Assembly (NCBI GenBank): GCA_964016885.1
Contig: OZ024742.1
Span: 270,134,001 to 270,198,000 of the forward strand
DNA: 64,000 bases
Direction: 5' to 3'
Source: Eledone cirrhosa
Lineage: Eukaryota
Below are positions 13,436 to 28,429 of the stretch, piece by piece. A model generated the notes under the pieces. The model was not told the DNA's origin, did no database searches, and saw only the letters and a list, made by a program, of their open reading frames with translations. The position numbers and the translations under genes were made by a program. Positions within the stretch are counted from its first letter, which is position 1; every line of letters starts with the position of its first letter.

Positions 13436-16400
13436 TGTAGGTATACGTATAGGTATAGGGCCGACATATAGAGGACAATACAAAAGACTGGGACAGAGGG
13501 GGTTACATATATAGCATGTAAATAATAATAATAACAACAAAATACCTAGCAACATACAAGAAACATTCCCCAATAGGGGGGATGACCACCCAGGGTTCAG
13601 TCAGGAACCCAAACATTCCTGAATGACCCGACACTTCGAGAGCATCCCTCTCCTCCTCAAATTATTTGCCCACCTACAAGCGCATGATCAGAGTAGGCCC
13701 ACTCACACGGGCCATTGTCGCCACATTCACCCACCTTTCAGCAAATGTTCTCTCCAGCCTCACCTTTTTTTCCAAGTGAAACTTGAAAACGTTGATGAGG
13801 GACTGGCCGGAGATAAAAGTGTCTGTCTTCAGTCCTTTCAGCCTGGTCCACCATACAACCTCTTTCGCTGCTGCCACCAGGCAGAGGAAACTTGCCTGGC
13901 CTTCCTGCCAAAACAAGGCGGCGGTTCGATCTTCACTAAGGACTCGCCCGAAAGCCGGATCCATTCTACACGCGACAACAGCTGTTCGACATAACACCAC
14001 AAGTCAGTAATGCACGGACACTGGACAAATGTGTGGACAACGGTTTCGTCGCTCTGTGCGCATTCTGGCAGGTACGTCTGACAGCACTTCCGTGCCTGTA
14101 GAGTTTATCTCGAATCGGCAGTGCCCCCTGGTAGCCCTGTCAAGCGAGGGAATTTTGGAAAATATTCATCCTCCCCGCCTCGAAAGTCTTCCGGAACAGA
14201 CTGGTTAGTTCGACCTCGTCGGCGCCCAGAGCCTCTGCGAGTGCGTCGTAGTAATTGCACGCCACTAATTCTCTATAGAACTCGAGAGTGGAAGTTCTAC
14301 TGACAGCATTGCCCGCCTAGTAGAGGGCAGTGAGTGCTTGGCAGCATTCCAGATGCAAGTCACCCAGTCTCGGTCACTACTTGACCCACGACAGCAGCTC
14401 AGACAAAGAGACGAGTTGCGGAAAGGATCGTCTGATAAATGGCGACCACACCTGTTCATTGTTTAGGCAGAATATCGGGAGATGCCGCAGACTCAGAGCG
14501 TGTGTGTGCATCATTAGCCACGGCATACCCAGCCCTCCAAGTAGAGGGTGCTGGCAGCAGATGGACCACCTCACCAACGGAACCTGACCGCTCCACAAGA
14601 ATTTGAAGAGCAGCCGCTCCAAGTTGGCGAGGCGCAAACGGGGGCAAGGGACGACGGTCAGGCAGTAGTACATGACGGACGCGATGTACACATTCGCCAC
14701 ATCCGCCCGACCATTTAGTGATAGCTTTTTCGCAGCCTATTTCTGTGTGAGACTGGCTACTCTGCCCATCATCTCGTCCCAATTCTTATCCACCTAGAAG
14801 TCTGGCCCGAGCCGAATCCCGAGCAACGTTTCCGGTCCGTCCAGCGCCCAACAACTCTGTTGGCCGGCATGGACTTGCCTCTCCAGGTGCCGAGTTGCAA
14901 GCCCACCGACTTTTCCGGGTTACGTTTTGCTCCCGTCAAGCTTTCATATTCCTCCAATAAGTTGCCACCCACCTCGACTCCTGAGGTGTCTGATAACATC
15001 GCGGTGATATCGTCCGCATAAGCCGACACAGCCTTTCCGTGAGCGGGATGTCCTGCAACAGCTCCAGCTTCCGCAGTAAAGGCTCGAGAGTCAATACGTA
15101 CAGAAGGGAGGAGAGAGGACACCATTGCCGGACCGATCGGAAGATATGAAACAGTTCCGAAAGGTGGCCATTAACTTTTACCACTGAGCAGATGCTGCTG
15201 TGCATTGTGGCATCCAGCTTCTGAAGACGAGGCCGAAGCCAGCCGCCTTGAGGACAGCCTCCACATACCGATGGTCGACCCTATCGAATTCTTTCGATTG
15301 ATCTAAATTGATCAGAGCCCCACGGAAGCCAGGTTTACACCCTAACCTCTCTATGATGTATCGCATCAGGTGGAAGTTGTCGTGTATAGACTTGGTTGGG
15401 ATTGCGCAAATGTGCGCCTCCACATCCAAATCCCCGACGACAAGCGTCAAAATCTTAAACTCTGTGTGAAGCAGAGATATGGTCCTGAAATTGTCTAATG
15501 TGTCCCTCTTGTTCTCGTCTTTCCTTATCAGCGTCAATACGCCCCGGCTCACAGAACTGGGAATACCGCCATTTTACTCCCAGTTGCAGTAGAGCGCTTC
15601 GAGGAGATTGGAGGACAATCCTGGCATATTTACGTAAAGCTCGTAGGGCAGACCATCCAAACCGTGTGACTTGTGCCTCATGCAGCCGACAAAGACATCC
15701 TGAATCTTGGCTGAAGTAATCGGCCTTTCGCAGCGCTCAGCGTCGGACGTCGAGATTTGCGGCAAGCCATCGAGGTAGGACTGACGTCCGCCACCGTCTC
15801 TGACTCGCCACTTCCCCCGAACAACCGAGCGAAATGTTGGCGAAAGGCCTCAAACATCGGCTTGGAATCGTTCAGTTCGTGTCTGTTTCTGCCCGTCAAA
15901 GATCGAATTGTGGTTTTATTACCACACTGCGCTCTGGCACGCGGTCCCATCGAACAGCTTTGGTTCCCTTTTTCTCAGAGCACTCGCCTTAGCTCTGACA
16001 ATGCAACGTTCGTGTTTCGCATTGAAAAAATGATCTAATGCCATTCTCGCCGCTAGCACGTCAGTTGCAATGCCGCTACAAATAGCCTCGTCTAACTTAT
16101 CAGCTCCCCCTTCTTTCTAATTTTCTCTAGTGCTACTTCTTTGCTAAACCCTATCGGTATTACTCTAATCTCTCTTTTGAGAGCACCCTACCATCTACTG
16201 TTGACGACTCGCCCTGTCAAACTTGTCTTAACTAAATTCTTGACCCGGTCCCTGCAAGCCATACTTACCGGAAACGACATGTTCAGCTTCCAGTAACCAG
16301 GTCCTAACCTACACCACTTATCTAGGTCGACCATACACATCAGAAACATGTGGTCTGAATATGCGACCGTATGTAATTGTGGACACCCTATACTATCCTT

Positions 16401-19000
16401 ATATCCTAATCTAATTAGAAACCTATCTAAGTACGATCTAGATAGCCCTAAACGATTTGTCCAGGTCCACACTGGCGCATTAGGGAAATCTAGTCTTTAC
16501 CTGTCAGACGGTTGGAACTGGCTGATCAGGTACTCGAAGCTTTTGCACCCACACTCCTATCGGATACTCCCACAGAGACCCAGCGTGCGTCTAAGATGCC
16601 GTTCCAGTCCCCCACTAACAGTAAAGGGCGAGATGTACCCAGAAATGCTTCCAGGCGTCTAAAGAAATCTGGCCGTCCTACCCTGGTAGGGGCGTAGACG
16701 GCCATCAGTCTAAAGGCACCACCTTCACTATTGTTCACGTCCAGGACCAATAACTTACCGTTCGGATCCCGGCAGATCGTCCTTTATCTCGAGATCCCGG
16801 CTTTTCCTAAACAGCACTTCTACCCCACCTCCCATTCCCGGCCGACTAACAGATGCGAAAATATGATAGTTGTCGAAAATAGGGGCTAGTGCACACGTGT
16901 CGAAAATCATGGTCTCGCTGCGGCAATTACATCCATTTGTAGAGACGTTAGGTCGTTGAGCAGGTGACTCTGCTTCCAGCACGATCCCAGGCCTCGAACA
17001 TTTAAACATCCTACTTTTAATATGGCCATGTTGGCAGGTTAAAAGAGAGAGGAAAGGTTTACTTACCTCCCGTGCTCTTGTGAAGGTCGGGTTGTTCGAC
17101 CTCCATAGTTGGTGGGGTTTCTTTGAGGAACCCTTTAAAAGCCTACTTGAGGCTTTTATACAGTGTGTTCCCACGTTGTTGGGGAAGCCCTCCCTAATTG
17201 TCTTATAATTAGTTAGTGCCATTGGCACCAGCAAAACTGGTTGTGGCACCTTGAAGGTGCAGGTGTTAAACGCCTCCCACGCTTTCTCTATTTCCTCACT
17301 TCGTGTTATGAGGTTGAGTAATGTTGTGTTCCATTTCCTCACTGACACGAGTTAGGTGTTGTTGTTGTTGTAAGTTGTTGCTGCGTATGTTTTCTTTTAC
17401 TTGTCTGTGTTAGTTGTAGCGTTGTTGGTGGAGATGGTGTTTGTGTTGACGGTTGTGTTTTTGCGGGGGAGAGTGTTGTATTATGTGTGTCTGTGTTTGG
17501 TGCGAATGTGTCCTTTTTGTTTGTTGTTTGTGTTGGTGAGTGATATTTCTTCTTGTGATTGTTTTTGTTTTTTTTTGGCTTTTGGTGTTCCTCCTCATTT
17601 TCGCTCAGTGATAAAGAGGTTTCTGTGTTGGTGTCAGATGTAAGTGGCAGTGCGTGTATGGGTGCATTTGTGTGTGTTCGAGAGGAGGGAGCGGCAGAGC
17701 TTCTTTGGAGTGGCCCCTGGGTGGTCTTGCTTGTCTTTACAATTGTTGTTGGTTCTGCTGGTGTTGCTGCTGCAGATTTTGTTGTTGGTGTTGTTATTTC
17801 ACGATGAGGCCACGACGTTGGCAGCAGCGGAGACATTTGACCCCTTGGAATGTTCAACAGCTGCGAGCAGAAGGCTCGCAAGTGTGTTATTTCGGCGAAA
17901 CTAAAACTGTGCGGCCTTTTGTCTTCAGCCATCACTTATAGATCTGTCCCGTATTGGAGGCGGATCTGCTCCGTGATTTTCTTTATTTCTTCAGGTTTGA
18001 TGTGGAGAAGTATCTCTAGATCAACCACCGGCCAGTCCTCTCTTCCTGTCTTGGTTACCTGTATTGGGACGGCATCTGACCCCTCCACAATCATTCATCC
18101 CAAGAATCACCACAATCTAGTTCAGCTGGAATCCTGAGAATGTGGACTCTAATTATTCTTTTTCCCATTTGGGTGGGGTACATATAACCTGGCTGGTTTT
18201 GCAAGGGGTCGTCGAGTGCTTCAAAGGGAGGGCCTCCGAATTAAACAGCACCGAGATGGTGCCGTATTGCCGACCCCTCTCTATGTACTCTGTAACTCCG
18301 CTGATGCACCTCAGCGCAGCCTCGACGTCTACTTGGGGAGAGTTTGTGGCTCTTTTCGTCTCAGCTGAGATGCATCTGAAGACCAGAGTTCTCTTCTCCG
18401 CCGCTTCTATGGCCTCTGCCGGGACAGTTAAGTTGGCCCAGGTTTGCTCCTGTTTGAGGAACTTCTATGCCTGGGCCAAATTTGTTTCCTTGTCTGTCAA
18501 TTCCATATTGAAGCATGGCCTTTTGCCGCAGCAAAAGTGTTCTTATTGTTGTCGTTGGTGTTGTTGCTGTTATCACTGTTACAGTTAGTTATATCTTTGG
18601 TGCTGTCGCTGATTATGTTTTGGTTTGGTGTTAATTTCGTTATTGGTTTCGTTGATATTGTTGCTGCTGCTATTGCTGTTATTGTTGTGGTTGTCACTGT
18701 TGTTGATATTGTTGTCTTAGTTGTCGTTATTTCTGTTGTTGGTGGTGTTGTCATTATTGCAGTTGTCGTTGATTTTCCTGTCGCTGTTGCTATTGCTGTT
18801 GTCGTTCTTGTTCACGACTTGTTTTTTTTTTTTGTTACTGTTTTTGGTAATGTCGCTGTTGCTGTAGTTTTTCATTTTTGTTCTCACTGTTGTTGGTGCT
18901 TGTTTTGGCGATAATGCCTGATGTGTTGTTACATTTAAAAATTGTTGCGGGATGGGCACCGTTATTAGCATCAAAATTTAACTTGCTGTCGCAAGACAGC
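13436..19000 (-). mobile_element. Tx1/L1-clade LINE, near full length, decayed (ORF1 ~18900-17300; ORF2 APE+RT ~16990-13620)
   Basis: APE: RLMAVYAP, LLLVGDWNGILD, SYLDRFLI, YSDH, GPGYWKLN. RT: GLDGLPYELY, NFRTISLLHTEFKIL, LDQSKEFDRVDH, SVRQWCPLSSLLY, SAYADDIT. ORF1 is low-complexity (T/N/K-rich) with a decayed knuckle-like segment. The 5' end is approximate. Confidence 0.9.
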
Positions 19001-19249
19001 AACATTTAAATTGGGCGTTTGGGGCAGCGCCATGATGTTTTTGTTTTTTTATAAAAATTTTCTTTTACACACACAAAGGTTAAATAGTTGGGCCTAATAT
19101 TATGGGGTGTCCTTTCTTGGAGACAAAGACTAAAGGGCTATTTCCCGTTTGAAACAAAAATATTAATGACAAACGTATTTCAAACCGTTGAGCAAAACAA
19201 ACTTACAAGCTCACGATAGTACGATAGTACGATAGTACGATAGTACGTC

Positions 19250-19995
19250 CATTCGCTTCAACGACAAATAATAATCTTGGTTGTCCATCGTCAACGATGA
19301 TGACATCTTCTTTATTGTTGTTCCCGTCTGCCGTGGGCACGAAGTTGGCTGTGGAGGCAGATCACTGACTTGCAGGTCCGGGGACAGTGGGGGCAGGGGA
19401 AGAGACCGGAGTCGGACTGGCAACTCCCAGAGGTTACCTCCACCTTTTTACCTTCGCCTCTTGCCTATTGCCGCAGGGCTTTGGGAGTGCCCGCTAAAGA
19501 AGAAACCTGTGCGGGAAAGGTTTATCGTGGGAGGGCCAGTGCAGGGTGACGGTCCCACTCACTCGGCCGCAGAAGCCAGAATAAGGTGATACGGAGGACC
19601 GTCACGACCCGGGACTTCCTTGGCTGCAGTGGATGGCCGCGACGTCTGTAGTCCCTTGAGGTGCCCTAGCTCGCCACACCGCTTGCTGTCGCCGCCTTCG
19701 TGACCGTTGGGACAATGCTGTCCTCCTGCACCCACTCTGCAGGGTCCAGTCTTCGCATGCAGGGGCAGGCATCCCCTCTCTAACTCACCGGGGGGTTTCA
19801 GACCCGTATGGCTACCCTCAACCTGGTTAGGCCCGCCAGCCAACGCGGTTTACCTGGGTGTGGCTGCGGTCGTATACTACAGCTTTTTGGGGCCACAGGT
19901 AAGAGCTGAGTGTTAGGTGGGTCCCAATGCAGGACGAGCTGTCCTGAAAAGGGTATGGCTAAACAGAGGTACATGCCCCTCCCTGACACCCCAAT
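19250..19995 (-). mobile_element. GC-rich fragment, possibly a LINE ORF1 remnant with a zinc knuckle
   Basis: KRCGELGHLK in ORF 19559-19843; bounded by (tagtacga)n at 19212-19247 and (TAA)n at 19994-20017. Confidence 0.35.
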
Positions 19996-20198
19996 AATAA
20001 TAATAATAATAATAATACAATGAGGAATGGTTACTCTAGAATCAAATACTCGTCGGACCTCTGCTGTGATAATGACATAATTAATATACATGGCATATAA
20101 AGAGTTTAGCGTTCATATGGTGGTCAGTTTACGGTGTTTTGATTGTTGAGCATGTGTTCAGCTGAGCGAACCTTCTGTAACTTCGAGTTACAATCCCT

Positions 20199-20267
<69 letters not shown>

Positions 20268-20270
<3 letters not shown>

Positions 20271-20975
20271 AGGGTCATTCTGCCAATAAATACAGACGCA
20301 CCGGTTGGATTTCATTGTGGAAGAACTCAGCAGTGTTCCACCAACTTGCCACAATCGAACGTGAGGGTCAACGAGATAACATAAAGATAAACCTCATATC
20401 CATACATAGAAGGGACGCAATGTTCTGACAATGCACATTAAACAAATATAAACATAGATTATCATTGCAATAACAACAAACTCACAGCAGGTTTCTAAGC
20501 ACGAGACAAAGACGTACAGAGACACACAAGAACTAAACTAATAAAACAAACCTGACATACAGATAGAACAAGTAACAAACAAGTGACGAGTAAAGAAACA
20601 TATAAATAAACAAACGAATCAATATATTATGGATGAATAAAGTAATACAACACACAAATACACCACAACCCCGGAAATAACGAATGCGCAACCCAAGTAC
20701 ACAGCTTCCCCCCCAAAATAGGGCATACGGCAGAACAAATGAGAGACACAAAATAACAGCAAAAGTGTCACTGAACATTTAACAGAAGGCATGACGAAAG
20801 ACATTTTGCAATCAACAACTGAACAACTATTCGGTTATGAGGCTAACCGACTTGTAGTTTATAATGAATTGAAGTGAAATCCAATAAATGACTCTGCTTT
20901 TCTTGGCAGCATATCCCTTCCAAATTCAAATGTTAAAAATAATTATTTGAACACACGTTTTCAGATACGAAACAT
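20268..20975. mobile_element. Solo pLTR-like remnant of the WWD-type PLE family with an inverted terminus
   Basis: ggagggtcattctgccaataaa next to (TA)n on the left; 20520-20925 resembles the reverse complement of 35563-35990. Confidence 0.65.
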
Positions 20976-21056
20976 AATATAATATATAATAATATAATAT
21001 ATAATAATATAATATATCATAATATATACACACACATAAATATAAATATATATATA

Positions 21057-21515
21057 TGTATAAATATTTCGTATCTCCAAAGAAATACAGTTTTAAGAAG
21101 CCGTAGCTATGCAAACACCGGGGGTCTAACGCCCTCTGGTGATGTCCAGAAGAAGCAAAGGGGACAACCGTCTATGCATTTCAGGCTTAACAGGCCTTCG
21201 TCAGGATGGTCCCTCCCACCGCTTGCGACTGCTGGGCTAGAAAACAGACGAGAATATATACTTTTCTCGTGTGTGTAAATGAGATGATTAATCTCATTTA
21301 CATATGAAGCTGCATATGTTGGCTCAACGTATAATAAAAAAGAAATAGGATATCGCTTCAAGCATAGCTTTATACAATATGTATAAATATTTCGTATCTC
21401 CAAAGAAATGCGGTTTTAGGAAGCCGTAGCTATGCAAACACCGGGGGTCTAACGCCCTCTGGTGATGTCCAGCAAAAGCAAGAGGGACAACCGTCTATGC
21501 ATTTCAGGCTTAACT
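21057..21515 (-). repeat. ~322-bp tandem unit (1.4 copies) containing a minimal HHR
   Basis: aaatatttcgtatctccaaagaaat...catttcaggcttaac occurs at 21062-21191 and again at 21384-21514. Confidence 0.85.
21161..21213 (-). ncRNA. Minimal type I hammerhead, palindromic loop III (UGCA)
   Basis: Minus strand: accatc CTGACGA aggc-ctgttaa-gcct GAAA tgca TA gacggt. Confidence 0.8.
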
Positions 21516-21819
21516 GTATATATATGTGTGTGTGTTTGTGTGTGAGTCCGTGTGTATATGTTTTTCGAAGAGTTCGATGCTGTTATGAGGTCCGTTTCAC
21601 TGGGGACACAGTGTTCAGAGTGTAAAGAGATTAAACATGTTGAAAGTAGATGGGATTTTGCACATATAAGCTCGCATATCTAATGAGATGTCGAAAAAGA
21701 GTCGGGCACCGTCACATTGATTGTACACTGTGCTAATCTATATCGAATCAATTGTAACATGGAAACAATGTTTGCATATATACTGTAACACCGACTTCGC
21801 CAGTTTAAATATATATATG

Positions 21820-21861
<42 letters not shown>

Positions 21862-21957
21862 TATATGTATACGGTATTCCGGGTGGTTGAATCGGAGGTA
21901 ACCACAATAAGTAAGGTACTCAATACGTAACATAGTATAAATGTTTTAATATAGAAG

Positions 21958-22008
21958 AGCTTCTACAGGACTAGAATTGTTTCATTCGTGAGAGAGCATC
22001 AGGAAGCT
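21958..22008 (-). ncRNA. Degenerate type I hammerhead motif
   Basis: Minus strand: agcttc CTGATGC tctctcacgaat GAAA ca..tg TA gaagct. A9 is changed to C and stem II is weak. Confidence 0.5.
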
Positions 22009-22274
22009 GGGTGTCCAAGTGAGTGGTGGTATTTATATATTTTATTTTCTCGCGGTAGGTGAGGGTGGGGATTGGAATGGATGGAGGTCATTTGTTGATG
22101 GATTTAAAGAAAAGAGAGTTCATTAAAAGCTAATTCTTTAAAGCTATAAATATTAACAAAGTCAGAAAGAATACTGTAAACAACTTTAAATTTGGAATAC
22201 CAATGCTTGTTTATCTCTTAAATAAATATATAGACAGACTAAATAAAAATGGCGTAGACATACAATGTAACGGG

Positions 22275-22580
22275 AGGAAACAATAGCACCACTGGCGATG
22301 TTGCAGATGTGCAGCGAAAGAACTTTGTTAAACTATATATATGTGTCTGTGTCTATATTGTATCTGTATTATTTTTGACCATCGGTCAGTCAATGGCAAC
22401 ATTGATGACCTAATAAATTAGATTACCGATATAAAAGACACAGAAGCGAAAAGCGAAAACCCACCAAACAGTGAGTATTTTCTGTTATTAATTCTGGCAA
22501 TATTACACAAATATGACCCTCCCCAAGTATAACAATATTTGTTTCGACACACAATTTCATATAACAAAAAAAACTCGCAA
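22275..22580 (+). mobile_element. pLTR-like unit related to the WWD-type PLE termini; second copy at ~47995-48248
   Basis: Degenerate HHR (CTGGCGA t gttgca gatg tgcagc GAAA gaac TT) and terminus tatgaccctccccaagtataacaata. Confidence 0.65.
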
Positions 22581-22808
22581 AACTATATATATATATAGTT
22601 ATATATATAAAATTATTTGTGAAAAGCATTTAGAAATGCGCAACCGGTAAAAACTTAAAAACTTAAAACCACAACTGAATACTAACACATACAATCACTT
22701 ATATTCTTTTATTCCTAATTAAACCATTTTTCAACTGTGAACATTTCAACTGTCAGCATTTTCTATTCCGTTTACCAATATATAATAACTTGTGTGTTAC
22801 ACCTCTAT

Positions 22809-22857
<49 letters not shown>

Positions 22858-23722
22858 TATACGATATTAAATAAATGGAAACTATATTTATAAAACCATA
22901 TTTATTTCATTATACATATTTCAGGGATACCAAATTAAAATATGGTATGCCTTCATCACACAAAATACAATATATAAACAGTTTTATAAATAATTTTGAC
23001 GTACCCTATTAGATGACCTCAAGTTATTAAACTAAACATATGGTCATTATTGAACAATGTTATTTTCTCATATTATATATATATGTCCCATTCATGAATA
23101 TTGATATTTATATTTTATTATTCGTTTCATATAAATTGTTAACTCAACTTAATATGACATGACGTAAAGATGTCACTATATCCCCTCTCTCTTGAGTTTT
23201 TCTATCTGTATGATGAATTATTATATCTCTGTTGCTTTTTTTTGTTTTTCTTATTTCTTCCTTTTTTCTTTCTTTTTATTTCCTCCTATCTATTTATATC
23301 TTTCTTTTCTACATACATTTCTCTCTCTCTCCGGTATTTCTCCAGGTTTTCTTTTTCTCTCTCTCCTTCTTTTTCTCTCTCCTTCTCTCTCTCCGTTTTT
23401 TCTTTCTCTCCGTCTTTTTCTAACTGTGCTTAACACTATAACTAATAAAATAATTATAAACATCTCACTATCCAGACAGCTTCCAAAAATAATGGTTGCA
23501 TCTAATAGGGTACGTCAAAATTATTTATAAAACTGTTTATATATTGTATTTTGTCTGATGAAGGCATACCATATTTTAATTTGGTATCCCTGAAATATGT
23601 ATAATGAAATAAATATGGTTTTATAAATATAGTTTCCATTTATTTAATATCGTATATCTACTCCAAAACTTGTCGAGTGCTTTATATCAGTTATAACATA
23701 TTTACTTGTATCCCAACAATTT
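22858..23722. mobile_element. Fold-back pLTR-like element in (TA)n; ~150-bp inverted arms (22858-23008 / 23506-23656); third copy at ~24590-24830
   Basis: Near-perfect inverted repeat containing CTGATGA agg-c-atacca..tggtat-c-cct GAAA tatg TA, followed by AATAAA. Confidence 0.8.
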
Positions 23723-23738
23723 TAAATTGAACTTTTGC

Positions 23739-23868
<130 letters not shown>

Positions 23869-23889
23869 AAATATATATATTTGTATATT

Positions 23890-23924
<35 letters not shown>

Positions 23925-24444
23925 AAATATATATATTTGTATATATATATATATATATAAATATATATATTTGTATATATATATATATATTTATATAAAT
24001 ATATATATTTCTATATATATATATATTCATATAAATATATATATTTATATATATATTTATATATATATATTTATATATATATAAATATATATATTTATAT
24101 ATATATTTATATATATATAAATATATATATTTATATATATATATTTATATATATATAAATATATATATTTATATATATATAAATATATATATATTTATAT
24201 ATATATATATATATATTTATTTATATATATAAATATATATATTTATATATATATAAATATATATATTTATATATATATATATATATATTTATATAAGGAT
24301 TAAAATACTGGAGCGTGTTGGAGTTAAACACCCTTTCGTATTATAGAAATGACAGTAAAAGGTATAGCTCAATGTAATTAAACAGAGCCGAAGAATTATG
24401 AAAATAAAACAAAGAAGCCTTCAATACATCAAAAGTCTTTATTA

Positions 24445-24482
24445 GCCAACAATGTTTCGTCCTATTAAGGACTCATCAGGGC
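24445..24482 (-). ncRNA. Minimal type I hammerhead followed by AATAAA
   Basis: Minus strand: gcc CTGATGA gtcct-taat-aggac GAAA cattg TT ggc taataaa. Confidence 0.75.
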
Positions 24483-24898
24483 AATCAAAACCACAAGAAG
24501 CACTATCGGCCAATACAAGCCGAAAACTCCGAAGAATATGGAACCGTTAGTTTTGGAAGACATCAGGATAGTAACGGTTGCATTTTGAAAGGGTACGTCA
24601 ATGTTTATTCATAAAACTGGTATATATTGTATTTTGTCTGATGAAGGCATACCATAATTTAACTTGGTATCCTTGAAATATGTATAATGAAATAAATATG
24701 GTTTTATAAATATAGTTTCCATTTGTTAATATCGTATGTCTACTCCAAATACATGTCGAGTGCTTTATATCAGTTATAAAATGTTTTGCTTGTTCTATCC
24801 CAACAATTTAAATAGAACTTTTGCATATATTTATATATATATTTATATAAATATATATATTTATATATATATTTATATAAATATATAAATATATACAT

Positions 24899-24930
<32 letters not shown>

Positions 24931-24936
24931 TTTTAT

Positions 24937-26790
<1,854 letters not shown>

Positions 26791-26895
26791 TAATCGATTT
26801 TTTATATGGTTAATTATGCTAATTGGGAGAGGAAATGGTATATATTTTATCTGGTGATTCTATAGACATGTTTTATGATATATATATATATATAA

Positions 26896-27030
<135 letters not shown>

Positions 27031-27041
27031 TATATATATAC

Positions 27042-27142
<101 letters not shown>

Positions 27143-27147
27143 AATAC

Positions 27148-27216
<69 letters not shown>

Positions 27217-27219
27217 TAA

Positions 27220-27250
<31 letters not shown>

Positions 27251-27251
<1 letters not shown>

Positions 27252-27410
27252 TGGTAAACGGAATAGAAAATGCTTACAAATTGTTCACAGTTGACAAATA
27301 GTTTAATTAGGAATAAAAGAGTATTAGTAATTGTATTGGTTAGTATTCAGTTGTGGTTTTAAGTTTTTACCGGATGCGCATTTCTAAATGCTTTTCAAAA
27401 ATAATTTTGA
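27251..27410 (-). repeat. Single-arm copy of the 32243-32524 fold-back family (another at ~22610-22812)
   Basis: ttggtaaacggaatagaaaatgct...gcatttctaaatgcttttca. Confidence 0.8.
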
Positions 27411-27594
27411 GATAGAGCTCTGATCTGATTAGTTTTCGGAATTCTACCTGTTTTTATGTTAAAAAAGTGGCTCCAGCGCTAGTTGGTGTTGCCAAAATTC
27501 TGTGGTCAAAACAATTTTGATTGGTCGGTAGAGGTCATTTGAATGTAAAAAATTGATTTTGTGCCAAGACTGAGAAATGACTCTTTCACAACAA

Positions 27595-27638
<44 letters not shown>

Positions 27639-27794
27639 TAGTAGTAGTAAAGTGTTCGATGTTGTGATAATGGTTAGCAGGGATATGTGTGCGGACAGCA
27701 GCATGTTGACAGTTCAAATGGCTATTAAGATAAGTGTGTGTGTGTGTGTATAAGTCTCTTTGTATGTTAATGTACGCTTGTGTATGTGTGTGTG

Positions 27795-27836
<42 letters not shown>

Positions 27837-28011
27837 AGAATGTGTGTGTGTGTATGTGTGTGGGTGGACCAGTATTTTTTTCCCCCTGGTAAAATGGTGT
27901 ACATTATTCGATATTTTCAGTAAAATCGATTCTCTCAATAGAACATCAAAAATCTTAACAATAAAAGGTATGAAATGATATTCACTATGTATATATATAT
28001 ACACATATATT

Positions 28012-28114
<103 letters not shown>

Positions 28115-28207
28115 TATGTATATCTATATATATAGATATGTATATATATATATATACATATAGATATATATATCTATATATCTAGATATGTATATATATA
28201 TATATAG

Positions 28208-28426
<219 letters not shown>

Positions 28427-28429
28427 ATA

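Noticed and set aside
17401-18974. Plus-strand V/L/C-rich ORFs resembling membrane proteins
   Set aside because: They are antisense readings of the low-complexity (ACA-rich) ORF1 region of the Tx1-like LINE.
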